Origin: Octopus sinensis
Taxonomy: Eukaryota
Assembly (NCBI RefSeq): GCF_006345805.1
Contig: NC_043011.1
Span: forward strand, 41,986,464-42,050,463
Direction: 5' to 3'
DNA: 64,000 nucleotides
This document shows, one piece after another, positions 38,496-51,091 of the stretch. A model generated the notes under the pieces. The model saw only the letters and a program-made list of their open reading frames with translations, had not been told where the DNA came from and did not search any database. How positions within the stretch are numbered: the stretch's first letter is position 1; each line of letters begins with the position of its first letter. Made by a program: the position numbers and the translations under genes.

Positions 38496-39714
38496 CCATG
38501 TGCATGCATTCTCATGCACACAGTCTCGCACATGCACACTCACACACACTCTCTCAAGCATTCACTCACTCTCACACATACCCTTCCCTTGTTAGCCTCA
38601 TTCACTGGATAGAGGCCATGCAAGAGTTTTGATCAATTATATCAACCATGATACTAATTTCACTTTGGCACTTATTTTGTCATTCCCTATTTTCTAATAA
38701 GGGCTTAAGATTTGGGAGAGCAGAACATTTGGTTACATCTTCTCCAGTAATTGGCTGATGGTTTTTTTTTATCAATCCCAGAATGGTGAAAGGTGTAGCT
38801 GACCTCAACAGGATATGAAGTCAGTGCATAAAGTAGAACTAAAATTTGTAAGGCACTTTGTCTGCTGCTCTAATGATTCTGTCAACCATTTCTTCATTTG
38901 CATTTTATCACAATAGCATAAATAAAAAGAATATTTTACAAAAACAATTCAATCCTTTTGGTACCAACCTACCATGGTTCTCTGATGTCTCAGTTACCTT
39001 TTGGCAAAAAAGGAGAGGGTCAATATACTGCTTTTTACCTGTACATGCAAAAATACACATACACACACACACACAGAGGCTTCTACACAGTTTCCCCTCT
39101 ACCAGAACCACCTTACGAAGTATTGGTCAGTCTAAGACACCTGTTAGAGGTCACCTGCTCAAGGTGCTGCATGGTGAAATCAAACCTAGGCCCACATGAT
39201 CGCAAACCAAACTATCTGACCACATGGCTATACTTCAGTGGACTTTCTGGTCAATTTGGATGTCCAAGTGTTTCAGTTGTTTGACCAATGGAACCTCCAA
39301 CTTATAATTCCACTGCATTAGGGTCTATGTCTCACTACCATGTAGAATTGTTGTTCATATGCATGCATCATGCAATCTTTCTTTCACTCAGAGAGAGAGA
39401 GAGGCCTTTGGTCACTAACAGAGGTAAAAACTCTCTGAATTTGCTCCATCCTATCCTTATGCTAGCTATTACACTCTACATACATCCTCCCCCACTACTA
39501 ATTTGGTTCCCTGGGTAGCAGAAATTTTCTAGCTATTACACTCTCTGTACATCCTTGCCCACTACTAATTTAGTTCCCGAGGTAACAATACATTCTTCCC
39601 AACAGTATATATATATATTGAAAATGTACAACTAATACACTTCTATTTGAAATTATTATGCAGTTGAACTAAAGAAGGAAAATAATATGGTCGTGTGCTA
39701 GAGAGACAACTACA

Positions 39715-41527
39715 ATGGTATGGTCATGTTATGCATATGACAAGGACAGCAAAGTAAAGAAGTGCCAATCTCTAACTGTGGAGGTAACCTGTGGTAGAGG
39801 TAGACCCAGGAAGACAGGATGAAGTGGTGAAGCATGATCTTCGAGCTTTGAGCCTCACAGAGGCAATGACTGGTGACCGAGGCTTTTGGTGATATACTGT
39901 GCTTGAGAAGACCCATCAAGCCAAGTGAAATCATAGTCATGGCTGATGCTGGTGTCATGTAACTGGCACATAAAGAGCACCTTTTGAGTGTTGGACCTCA
40001 CAGAGGCAATGACTGAGACCTTTGGCATTATGTCTTGCTTGAGAAGAAAACCTATGAAGCTGAGCAAAATAGCAGTCATGGCAGATACTGGTGTCATGCA
40101 AATGGCACCTGTGCTGGTGGCATGTAAAAGAACCCATTACACTCTTAGAGTGGTTGGCATTAGGAAGGGCATCCAGCTGTAGAAAACCATACCAAATCAG
40201 ACTGGAGTCCAGTGCAGCCTTCCAGCTTATCAGCCCTGGTCAAACTGTCTAACTCATGCCAGCATGGACAACGGACATTAAATGATGATGATGATAAATA
40301 ATTGCCCTGATGCAGTACCAGACTCATGGCTTCTGATCTTAACTGATTGGAAGTCTTATCATGTACATTGTTTTGTCTTGGTATAAAAGGTGGACTACAG
40401 CAAATATTCTGCTCAATACCACAGATTTGCTTGTCAGTTGTTTGACCTTAATTAGTTGAGCATGTTCCTTAGTGGCTGATGATATGTGCATCTCTGATGA
40501 TGAGCAGAAACAGTAGGGGAGCATCATAGACATGTGTTGAAAGGAATTCTTTGGGGTTTGGATAAATCACCTCCAGAAACATGGGTGTTTCATTCAACAT
40601 CCTTAAACAACCCTTATTCAGAGACCTTTTGAACAGGATGGGATTCTCAACCTGAAGAAAATTCTACCTTTAGTTACCAGCAGAGGCTCTTACCTCTGCT
40701 GGCAACTAAGAGCCACTCGCTCAGATTGAAAGGTAGACAGTATGATGCATGTATGAGAACAACCATGCTACACGGCAGTGAAACATGGGCCATGACTGCC
40801 ATATGCGTAGGCTTGAAAGAAATGAAGCTAGTATGATTCACTGGATGTGTAATGTCAGTGTGTATACATGACAGAGTGTAAGCACCCTGAGAGAAAAAGT
40901 TGGGCATAAGAAACATCAAATGTGGTATGCAAGAATGACGACTGCGCTGGTATGGTCATGTGTTATATATAGATGAGGACAGCTGTGTGCGGAAGTGCCA
41001 CTCCCTAACTGTGGAAGGAACCAGTGGCATGTAAAAAGCGCCATCCAAACGTTGTCGATGCCAGGTCTGCCTGACTGGCTCCCATGCCGGTGGCACATAA
41101 AAAGCACCATCCAAATGTGACCGATGCCAGTACCCACTGACTGGCTCCCATGTCGGTGGCACATAAAAAGTACTATCCGAACATGATCGACGCCAGGACC
41201 ACCTGACTAGCCCCTATGCCAATGGCATGTAAAAAGCACCATCCAGATGTGGCTGATGCCAGTATTCTCTGACTGGCCCCCATGCCAATGGCACATAAAA
41301 GCACTATCTGAACATGATCCATGCCACGCCCACCTGACTGGCTCCTGTGCCAGTGGCACATAAAAAGCACCCACTACACTCTTGGAGTGGTTGGCGTTAG
41401 GAAGGGCATCCAACTGTAGAAACATTGCCAGATCAGATTGGAGCCTGGTGCAGCCACCAGCTTAACAGACCTTAGTGAAACCATCCAACCTATGCCAGCA
41501 TGGAAAACGGATGTTAAATGATGATGA
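39715..41527 (+). mobile_element. Cluster of decayed RTE 3' fragments; the last (about 40690-41527) has 6 hairpin units
   Basis: WYGHVLYIDEDSCVRKCHSLTVEG-type translation; 3'UTR consensus and (ATG)n tails at about 40290 and 41527. Confidence 0.85.
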
Positions 41528-42129
41528 TGCGATCACCATGTCGTGCACATATAGTTCTGATGCATGTACCTGGGTAGTCATGATGGGTATACTAGGCTTC
41601 ATATATTTTACCCCAGTGTCACTTTGATGGCATGCACTGTTTTCTCACTCAATAATAATAATAATAATCCTTTCTACTTTAGGCACAAGGCCTTGATTTT
41701 GTGGGGAGTGGGACAGTTGATCTCATTACCCCCCCACCCCAGTACTCAACTGGTACTTGATTTATTGACCCCGAAAGGATGAAAGGCATAGTTGACCTCG
41801 GTGGAATTTGAACTCAGAACATAGTGATGGGTGAAATACCTATTTCTTTACTACCCACAAGGGGCTAAACACAGAGGGGACAAACAAGGACAGACAAACG
41901 GGGTCGATATAAGTCAATTACATCGACCCCAATGCGTAACTGGTACTTATTTAATTGACCCCGGAAAGATGAAAGGCAAAGTTGACCTCGGCGGAATTTG
42001 AACTCAGAACGTAGCGGCAGACGAAATACCGCTAAGCATTTTGCCTGGCATGCTAACATTTCTGCCAGCTCGCCGCCTTAAATAATAATAATAAGTGCAA
42101 AGTAATTAGAATTATATTTCAATACTTAC

Positions 42130-42614
42130 CCAGAGAGAAGTAGCTGTGCCCTTTTCCTCATTTTCACTGTTAATTTCATAGCATCATTTTTGTTGCACAT
42201 TTCTTCACTTTGAGATGTGACTGAGAACTTTATTGGAAACATACCAAACTTCAAATGTTCTTCTTCAATCACAAATGTCATGTTGTAAGAGAAATCTTCT
42301 TTTCTTATAGGATTCTTCAGATCGCATCTAACAACTTTGTTCTTTTCTTCACCAAATAAGACAATAGATTCAGCAGAACAGTTGACACCATTTGTAGCAG
42401 AGTTAGGGATGTATTGTACATAGAGAGGGTATCTTAAGGTACCAATAGGCTGGTATGCAGGCTCCCCTGCATTACGAACTGTAACTCTGACTTCGAACAT
42501 AGCAGTCTCTCCGATAACCAAAATATCATTCGTTTGAGGGTCTACAATTTGGAGATTTGGAACTAATTCACTGTAACAAATTTTGTCAATTCCACACTCT
42601 GTAACAAATGGTAT
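42130..42614 (-). CDS. Integrin alpha exon, genu and calf-1: IPFVTECGIDKICYSEL...VRNAGEPAY...CDLKNPI...AQLLLS(G)
   Basis: Genu motif C-G-x-D-x-x-C-x-x-E-L, NxGExAY and CxLxNP. Acceptor TTTCTTTTATAG, donor TGG|GTAAGT. 485 nt, phase 0-2. Confidence 0.96.
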
Positions 42615-42734
42615 CTATAAAAGAAATTGAAAAAAAAAAAAGAAAAAAACATCAACATGTTAAATTACTAAATTTAAATTGGTAATTTTCTGAAAAATGT
42701 TGTAGAATGGGGAGATTAAATGTGTATTTGTGTG

Positions 42735-42893
42735 CATCATCATCATCATCATCATTTAGCGTCCGTTTTCCATGCTAGCATGGGTTGGACAGTTTAACTG
42801 GGGTCTGTGAAGCCAGAAGGCTTCATCAGGCCCAGTCAGATTTGGCAGTGTTTCTACGGCTGGATGCCCTTCCTAACGCCAACCACTCCGTGA

Positions 42894-42897
<4 letters not shown>
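42735..42897 (-). mobile_element. RTE 3'UTR copy abutting a long (TA)n satellite
   Basis: Family consensus. Confidence 0.85.
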
Positions 42898-42948
<51 letters not shown>

Positions 42949-42975
42949 TGTATATATATATATATATATATATGC

Positions 42976-43012
<37 letters not shown>

Positions 43013-43014
43013 TG

Positions 43015-43046
<32 letters not shown>

Positions 43047-43153
43047 TATATATATATGCATGTATATATATATATATATATATATATGCATGTATATTAT
43101 ATATATATATATATGCATGTATATATATATTATATATATATATATGCATATAT

Positions 43154-43187
<34 letters not shown>

Positions 43188-43268
43188 ATATATATATGCA
43201 TGTATATATATATATATATATATATATATGCATGTATATATATATATATATATATATATGCATGTATA

Positions 43269-43315
<47 letters not shown>

Positions 43316-43328
43316 ATATATATGCATG

Positions 43329-43369
<41 letters not shown>

Positions 43370-43370
43370 A
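42895..43370. repeat. About 475-bp (TA)n array punctuated by TGCATG
   Basis: Direct reading. Confidence 0.95.
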
Positions 43371-43445
43371 TCACATTTCTGTTTTGGTGATTTTTACATT
43401 ATGTAAACTACTTTGATACCAGATTTCTGTTGACATTCACTGCTA

Positions 43446-43737
43446 GTACATTATTTACATTTGACGGATATTTTTCCTCATCTTGTTTGTTGTTAACATG
43501 TTTCGGCTGATATACCTTCCAGCCTTCATCAGGTGTATTGGGGAAATTTCAAACCTGGGTTCTCATTCTTAAGGTATTTTTTGCTACTGTTGTTGTTGTT
43601 GTTGTTATTATTCAGGTCACTGCTTGGAATCAAATTCAGAATCTTAGGGTTACTAGCCCCTGTTCTTAACCACTATGCCATTTGCCCATCAAATGTAAAT
43701 AATGTACGCAATTCCTCATCTCTTAAATATAGAACTG
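43446..43737 (-). mobile_element. tRNA-headed element with a minimal hammerhead-ribozyme motif and an inverted Penelope-like tail
   Basis: Minus strand reads: A box TGGCATAGTGG, B-box-like GAATTTGATTCC, (AAC)n, then ACAC-CTGATGA-A-GGCTG-loop-CAGCC-GAAA-C. A 19-bp perfect inverted repeat lies at 43446-43464 / 43689-43707. Confidence 0.75.
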
Positions 43738-44214
43738 TATTCACCACCAGTGTTTCAATTAATTTTGGCGATAATGAATAATTTAGTGAAATAACTTTGT
43801 CATTATTCAGTTAGTGTTTAGAACATAAACTAACATGAAACTTTGGTGGAAGGTTTTAATTTAGATCTTTTTAAAGCAAGGATTTTGTATCACAAGGGTA
43901 GGTTTCGGTGCTTTACTATGAAAAGGGTTAAATTGTTTTTGTAAAGTTTTTCTTTCTGTGTTTTTGTGGTAAAATACAAATGGCTGAATTGTTGGAGCAT
44001 CAGATAAAATGCTTTGCAGTTTTTAGTTCCACTTTACATAGAGAGTGAAAATCTTGTCAACATCAACTTATTGTTCCGGAATTGATTAAAAATAGGCATC
44101 AAGTACTGGAGTTGATTTAATCAACTATACCTCTCTCCTAAATCTTATACCTATGTTCATCTCATCTTCTTTACTCATTCATTTTTGGGAGTGTGGTGGT
44201 GGGGGGGGGGGCAG

Positions 44215-45165
44215 AGTCCTTAAGGATGCCTTCCATTGGGTCCTGTGAGAAGCAACTAACTCCAATTGATCTGACTGGATCCCCAGGCAAGACCAACAAA
44301 GTTCATCAATATTAACCAACCATCTTGTTCATAGTTTACCCCTGGGTCTCCTGCCATTGGTTTTACTTATAAAACTTGTCTAGTTATTCTTTTCTGGTGA
44401 CATTCTCACCACATGTTCATAGGAGTTGTAATCTCTCTATTTGGAGAAGTAGCAGCTCTACTTGGAACGCTTCTCTGATGTCCAAGCCATGCCTTTGAGT
44501 AATATAACCCCGAATCACTTCAGAACCCCACTTTGGTTGCTTGAATTCATGATTATACTCTTTCATGACCATAGGTAAGAATAGACACAAACCCCAAATT
44601 GAAGAAAGCGAGTCTGGCTTTTACACCTACTTCCCTTCTGATGTCTGGATGCTGCAGCTGGGGCATTACTGCACCAGCTCCTGCAGTTCTTGCATGTAGT
44701 TCAGCCTGCTGCCTTCCTTAACTTGTGAAAACAGTCCTGAAATACTTGAACTTTTCCTGCTTCAGTGGAACTCCACTCACATGTAGAGAGCATTACACTG
44801 GCCTCCTTGAGAGGATGAGTATCTGTCTTCACATCACTGATTTTCATTCCTGTTGAGCAGCACTCAGCAGCAAACTCATCACTAGAGAGACCACCTTTTG
44901 ATGAGTCAAGTGGTACCAAGTCACCCACAAATTCCAGCTGACCGATCCTTTACCTGCTGGCCTTGACACCATTTCCAACCCTGCTGTGCACATCATTCCT
45001 GTCCATAAAAGTTATGAACAGGAGAGGTAACAGTATGTACTCTTGATGGAGTCTGACACCCACATTGAATGGTTGTGACTAAGCACCATTTAACAGAACA
45101 CAAATACTAGGGCATTCATGTTGGGAGTTCAAGATAACAAGAAGTTGTCCATCAATCCCATATAC
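44215..45165 (-). mobile_element. Decayed RT fragment of a second RTE family (RTE-1/BovB-like)
   Basis: Fossil YGIDGQLL...GVRLHQEYILLPLLFITFMD...QLEFVGDLVPL...DEFAAECCSTGMKISDVKT, homologous to RTE GxRQGxxLSPLLF / LFADDLVL / GMKIS. Confidence 0.75.
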
Positions 45166-45817
45166 TTACCTGTGTTAGAAACATTATTATTATTCCATAT
45201 TGTCTTCTGCACATCTTCCTTTGTATCGTCTACAGGTAAAACATGTCTGACTTCAGCTATGAGGCCAGTAACTGTAAGACTTTATTTTTGGTAGTCTGGA
45301 TTTACAGAAAGAACTAAATAATTTATCTCCAGTCTGCCTAGGAATGACCGGGATACTGAGAGTTTGCTGAGGAGTGACAGAGGTGCTGGGGGTCTGCCAA
45401 GGAGAGGTAGAGATATTAGATTTCACTTTCCAGTAGACTGGGAGGTCCAGATAAATGGATGAATTAGAAAGTGTACTGTCTAAAACATCCTTAACTCTTT
45501 CATGTTCAGATTATTCTGTCAAATGTACTGCTAATTTATTTATATTATTTTGAATTAATCATACACTATCTCATATCTTTGAGATTTCAATGATGTGGTT
45601 GTTTATCTTTAGAATAACAATATAGGATAGGTGTGAGAGCTTTGATCTGGTCAGTTTGAACATAAAACAGATGGAATATTTTGGCCGGATATGGCTGGTT
45701 TAAAAATACTTTGATCTTTTAGTTACATTATTTTAGAAGAATATTTTATTCAATTCCTGTTGGTTCAGTAAAGAGAACAGATATTGAGTGAAATTGCTTT
45801 TTGTTTTTAAAACTTAC

Positions 45818-45919
45818 TTCTTTTGTGAGTAATGTTTTGTCAAGTAAATTTCCAGCTTCTTTGATGCGGTAAGATACTCTAAAGTGCATGATCACAGAGG
45901 AGAAAATATTGTTGGTTTT
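45818..45919 (-). CDS. Integrin alpha exon, end of thigh: KTNNIFSSVIMHFRVSYRIKEAGNLLDKTLLTKE
   Basis: Acceptor TTCTTCATTTCTAG, donor GAA|GTAAGT. 102 nt, phase 0-0. Fills the required gap before IPF..C of the genu. Confidence 0.82.
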
Positions 45920-46551
45920 CTAGAAATGAAGAATAAAGCAAAACAATTAGAAAAAGGTAATAGTGTGTGTGTGTGTGTGTATGCGCAGCGCATGTGTGTG
46001 TGGATAAAGTTGCATATAGACACAGTTATAAATACAAATATATAGTAATAGACAGATACCAATATCATTTTAGAATCCAAATTTCTATGCTTTCATAAGT
46101 TAGATGGAATTTTATTGAGATATTTTCGATGGTTGGATACCCTTCTTGTCACCAACCCTCACCAGTTCCCATGTAAGGTAAGATTTCCTCATAGCCAAAC
46201 ATGTTTTCACAGAATAACGGAAATGAATGACACCCATTCTACAACTATCACATAATATCAAGACAAGCAGACAGACACACACACACAACAGGCTTCTTTC
46301 AGTTTCTGTCAACCAAATCCAGTCTCAAGTCTTTAACCAGCTCAGTGCTATATTAGACACTTGCCCAAAGTGCTGTACAGTGGGACTGAACTTGAAACCA
46401 TGTGGTTGGGAAGTAGCCACACAGACACACCTATATGTATATAGCTTGTTGAATCCTGTCAAACTGTCCAAATTATGCCATCGTGGAAAAAGGATGTTAA
46501 ATGATGATGATGATGGTATGTATATATATATATATATATATATATGAATAA

Positions 46552-46778
46552 AATTATTATTAAAATTATAATTTAGGGTATCTAAGAGATACCACCATGC
46601 TTGAAATAGCAGCCAAAGCTTGACTCTAAAACCACTTTAAAAGTTCATACAGCACCAGCTCATACATACACCTGGTGCTGTATGAACTTTTAATGTGGTT
46701 TTAGAGTCAAGTTTTGGCTGCTGTTTCAAGCATGGTGGTATCTCTTAGATACCCTAAATTATAATTTTAATAATAATT
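46552..46778. repeat. Long inverted repeat: 107-bp arms, 13-nt loop, 3 mismatches
   Basis: Arm 46552-46658 compared by eye with the reverse complement of 46672-46778. Confidence 0.95.
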
Positions 46779-47606
46779 ATTACCTTTGAAGGTTTTTATT
46801 CCCATGCTGGCCACTTGATAAGTTCGATATTAAAATAACGATCTTATCCTTATTTATATAAATTTATATATATACACACACACACATATCAGTAATTACT
46901 CAGGGTAGGCAGTTAGTGACCTTCGTGTAGTAAAACACACAAAACATATGGAAAGCACAGGCATGTGACTGAGTTGAAGGTAGATTTACTCCTGCTTTTA
47001 TAACACATAAAGAAAACAGTGTTATTGGAGTGTATGCAGCACATGTACTACAGCAGTACTATGCATAGTTTTAATACTGAGATTGAAAGGTAGGGGCAAA
47101 TTATGTCTACCTAATCTATAAAAAATAAAATATTTTGCATTTTATGCACAGTAATCAGGGTAACCTTCATAATTTTATTGAATTAGGTGCATATTTTGTC
47201 ATAAAAGGAAAATATTGCTATCGATCTACTTTATTCAAGGTAGGCACTGCCTACCTAGGCGACACATACCTGATATATATATATGTATATATATATGTAT
47301 ATGTATATATATATACGTAGTTAATCCAAACAAGAAAGCACAAAAAAAACACAACAACGCGAGGACGTGGAACAAATATAGTATTATTGGACGCTCAGGA
47401 AAGAAGGAGGGTTTAACGTTTCGAGCAGAACTCTTCATTGGAAACATAGGAGAAGGAAAGATCCACAGAAGGGAAGACAGAGGAAAAAAAATCGCCAATG
47501 GTTCACACGAGGTCACATATATATATATATGTGTGTGTGTGTATATATATATATATTTATATGAGCTGGCGAGGCACGCATGCGCACACACACACACACA
47601 TGTATA

Positions 47607-47820
47607 CAAGGGGGTGCTGAAGAGTTCCTGGCTTTGGATAAAAGAAAATTCTAGAGGATCAGTTAATTATGATTTTATTCAACACATTCCCCTCTTAGAT
47701 TCACAAACTTATTACAGCGCTCCTTCAGCTTTTCTAAACCCTGTATAAGAACTTGGAAGGTTGGGCCTCCTACCAGGCCTTTTGCAAACCTTAAAACCAA
47801 GAACATTTCAGCATCCCTTG
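47607..47820. mobile_element. Tc1/mariner-type MITE of about 215 bp
   Basis: TIRs CAAGGGGGTGCTGAAGAGTTCCTGGCTTT / AAAACCAAGAACATTTCAGCATCCCTTG, with TA at the left flank. Further copies at about 26746-26952 (opposite orientation) and 56822-57037. Confidence 0.85.
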
Positions 47821-47868
47821 TGTGTGTGTCTATCTGTTTTACAGTAGAGGAGTGAGGGGCAAACATAC

Positions 47869-48005
47869 CCGTGTTTTTAAAGCCATTGAAATACAACTTT
47901 CTTCTTCGCTTTGAAGTATTATTTCTTTGGTGTTTGAACCTTCTAAGGCAATTCGTTTCTTGGTTTTTTCTTGATCAAGATCCACATCAATATTGATGGT
48001 TGTTT
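47869..48005 (-). CDS. Integrin alpha exon, thigh domain: (K)TTINIDVDLDQEKTKKRIALE...ESCISMALKTR
   Basis: LD....R motif typical of thigh. Acceptor TTTATCCAG, donor CGG|GTATGT. 137 nt, phase 1-0. Confidence 0.9.
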
Positions 48006-49343
48006 CTGGATAAATGGGTGGAGCAAAACAAAACAAACTATGAAGGATGTGGTGGCAAGTGGGGAAAAAGCAAATTTAAAGAAAAATTTTAAAATTGAAG
48101 TTAGAAAAGAGAATAATTATGAAACATTAAAATAATAGTTTTCCACTAATGTACAAAACCAGTTTTTATTATAGATCAGCATATGAATAGAAACTGTTCT
48201 TTATGTAATTTGGTACTTATTTTATTAAGCAGAGAGGGACAACTGATTTGAATTAAGAAGGGAGATGGTCAAAACTAAAAACTGGCAATTCATTGGTTAC
48301 AATGACGAGGGCTCCAGTTGATCTGATCAATGGAACAGCCTGTTTGTGAAACTATTGTGGAAGTGGCTGAGCACTCCACAGACACACGTACACTTAATGT
48401 AGTTATGTGGACTGGAGCAACTTGAAATAAAGTATCTTGCTCAAGGGTAAACCACACCAGTGGGAATGGAACTCACGACCTTACAATTCTGAGCCAAATA
48501 CCCAAACCACTAAGCCATGTGCCTTCAAAACTACTCTTCAGACAACTCCCTTCATCATTTTATGAAACACTAAAACAATTTTAATAATACTTATTAAAAT
48601 CATTAACAGCTGTCCTGTACCTCCACCCATAATACATCAATGGATTGTTTGTAAAATCACTGAAGACATCTGTTTTCATATGATGATGTACTTTGGGTTT
48701 TATTTTTTAATCAGGTAAGAAGGCAATGTCTAAGACCCTTTCCAGGGCCTCCAATGCTAGTGAGACGGGGGAGTGAAGAAGATATCCTCAAACCAAAGAC
48801 CTGATCTGAGTGTTTGCATTAGAGTGAACTCTACTAAAGGCACCCAGAGGATGGATGAAGTCTATCTTTAGTGAAATTGTTTAGCAGAGCCCATCTCATA
48901 CTGGGATATGTCCATTGAAAGAATGAAACTCACCTCTGCAAAATAATGGTCAATTTGCCCATTTTACTGTAATGCTAAGATTGGTGTGTTGTTCCTACTT
49001 CATAGCCCCTACTTCAATTGGGTGGACAGCATAGCTTGAGACCCTTGGTACTTTTGTATGCTGTTATGTGAACCCTTTATCTCACAGCTTCTTGGCCTCT
49101 ATACTTTCTATTTAACTAGCTGTGCTCTCAATAATATATACTTTTGATACCAACTTTCCTCAGAAGTACTATGACACAAACTTACTGTTTTAAAGTAATC
49201 TAAATTTTATGCTAATTTATATTCCAAACACTAGCTTAATAATAAGAAAGTTATTTTACTAAACTCTTCATTATTTTAAAAACTAACTGGAACAAAGGCA
49301 GTGTATGTAAATAAAGTAAGAAAGGAGTTATAAAAAGCCTTAC

Positions 49344-49541
49344 TGATATTTTTTAAGTTTTTTCCTTTTAGTTTAATACACAACTTTAAATCAAGACATC
49401 CAGAGGTAAAGATTTCACCAAAACATCTGACATTTGAAGGATCTAATTCTCTAGGGTTAGTTGTGATGCTGCTTTCGGCCTTTATTTCTCTCGAAGAGAG
49501 TAACACAGCATTATCTGACAGAAAGGCACCAGCAAAGAAGT
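49344..49541 (-). CDS. Integrin alpha exon, end of propeller and start of thigh: (D)FFAGAFLSDNAVLLSSREIKAESSITTNP...CLDLKLCIKLKGKNLKNI
   Basis: GAFLSD..VLL motif and thigh cysteines. Acceptor TTCACAG, donor TCA|GTAAGG. 198 nt, phase 1-1. Confidence 0.93.
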
Positions 49542-50964
49542 CTGTGAATGAAAATAAAATATTCTGTATTGCATTATTGAAATTGAGATAACAGCAACCA
49601 ATAGAGGAAGTAATTCATTTTACATTTTTTTTTCTAAATTGGTACAGGTTAGATGAATTAAATAAATACATATTGTTGAGACATTGTTTTATAGCTGAGT
49701 GCCCTTCCTGTTGCTAACCCTTTCCTAGTTTTCAAATAAGGAAGTTTTTCATTCCACTCATCTTTAAAAGTACGGATGGATGATTCATTGACAGGGAAAT
49801 GACACCAGACGTCATCTGTAGCTCCACGATTTTTGGTGTAAGCCCAGAAAAGGAGAATACTCACCCTATCCAACCCATTCCAGCATGGCAAACAGATGGT
49901 AATTGATGACACACTCATTCTCTGGTTTTTTGTACGACTTCTGTATACCATATTCACTCACAAGGCAGGTCAGCTCAGGGCTATAGCAGAAGATACCTGT
50001 CCAGGTGTCGACTGAGCTGAAAACTATCTGATTGTGAAGAAAATTTCTTAACTGCACAGTTATGGCTGCACCTATAAAGTCAGTCATGCCTGTTGTTTGT
50101 TAATTTTTCTAGGCATGACTTGTGGATAGATGCCCTTCCTTACAAAAGTAGAGAACTGTTAAGTATTTTACTCCCACAATGAACTAATGGCTTCTTATGT
50201 CAGCAGTTTCTTTGTTCAGTTTCTTTGTTCAGGTTAGTGTTCATGACCCTTTTCATTTATGGGGTCTCTAAGTTGATGGAAGGAAGCAAGAGAAGTATTT
50301 TTGGACCCACAGAGAACTGGCCCAAATGCTTACAAAAGTTTACTTCACTAAAGGTACCCAAGGCCTTATTGGTGGGTATTAAATCAAATGACAAATTGTC
50401 AACTGCCCAAGAACTTAAAATACAAAGAGCTGGAAGAAGTGCACCGAGACCACTCATTTGACATTCTATAAACTTTGTCAATCTACTCTACTGAAGTGGG
50501 ACTTTATTTTATTGACCCCAAAAAGATGAAATATAAAGTTGACTGTGACAAGATTTGAACTCAGAGCACAAAGAACTGGAACAAACGGAAGGCATTTTGC
50601 TTTATACTCTCATGATATTGCCAATTTACCACCTGGGCTTAATCAGTTAGGAACCATTATTGGTCAGATTATTCCTATATCTTCCAAAATAACAGCTGTA
50701 CTGATAATGTTCTGTAACACAACAGGTCATTGAAATATTCCTAGAAGATACATAAGAATGGTTTTCTGTTGCCTTGTCTGGTTCCCCCAGGTGAGAGTAT
50801 GTCAGCTCAGCACTACAGACTAACAGAACACACATCAATATCCCTGCTGCTTACAACAGTCGACTGTACTTTCCATTTTGTATTATTTTCACTATTTTCA
50901 ATTAGGTGAACTTTATCATTCACACTTAGTCCATTTCTGTTCAGTAACCTTTTTGCTTTTTACC

Positions 50965-50999
50965 AGAATATATATGTATATGTGTGTGTATATGTGTGC

Positions 51000-51091
<92 letters not shown>

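Noticed and set aside
42873-43416. Many overlapping YI/IY-rich ORFs (also 50878-51323, 2754-3209 poly-His/Gln, 34960-35402)
   Set aside because: These are translations of microsatellites or minisatellites, not genes.
43615-43687. tRNA-like sequences here and at the heads of other SINEs
   Set aside because: Decayed B boxes, no complete cloverleaf, and continuity with SINE bodies, so they are not called as tRNA genes.
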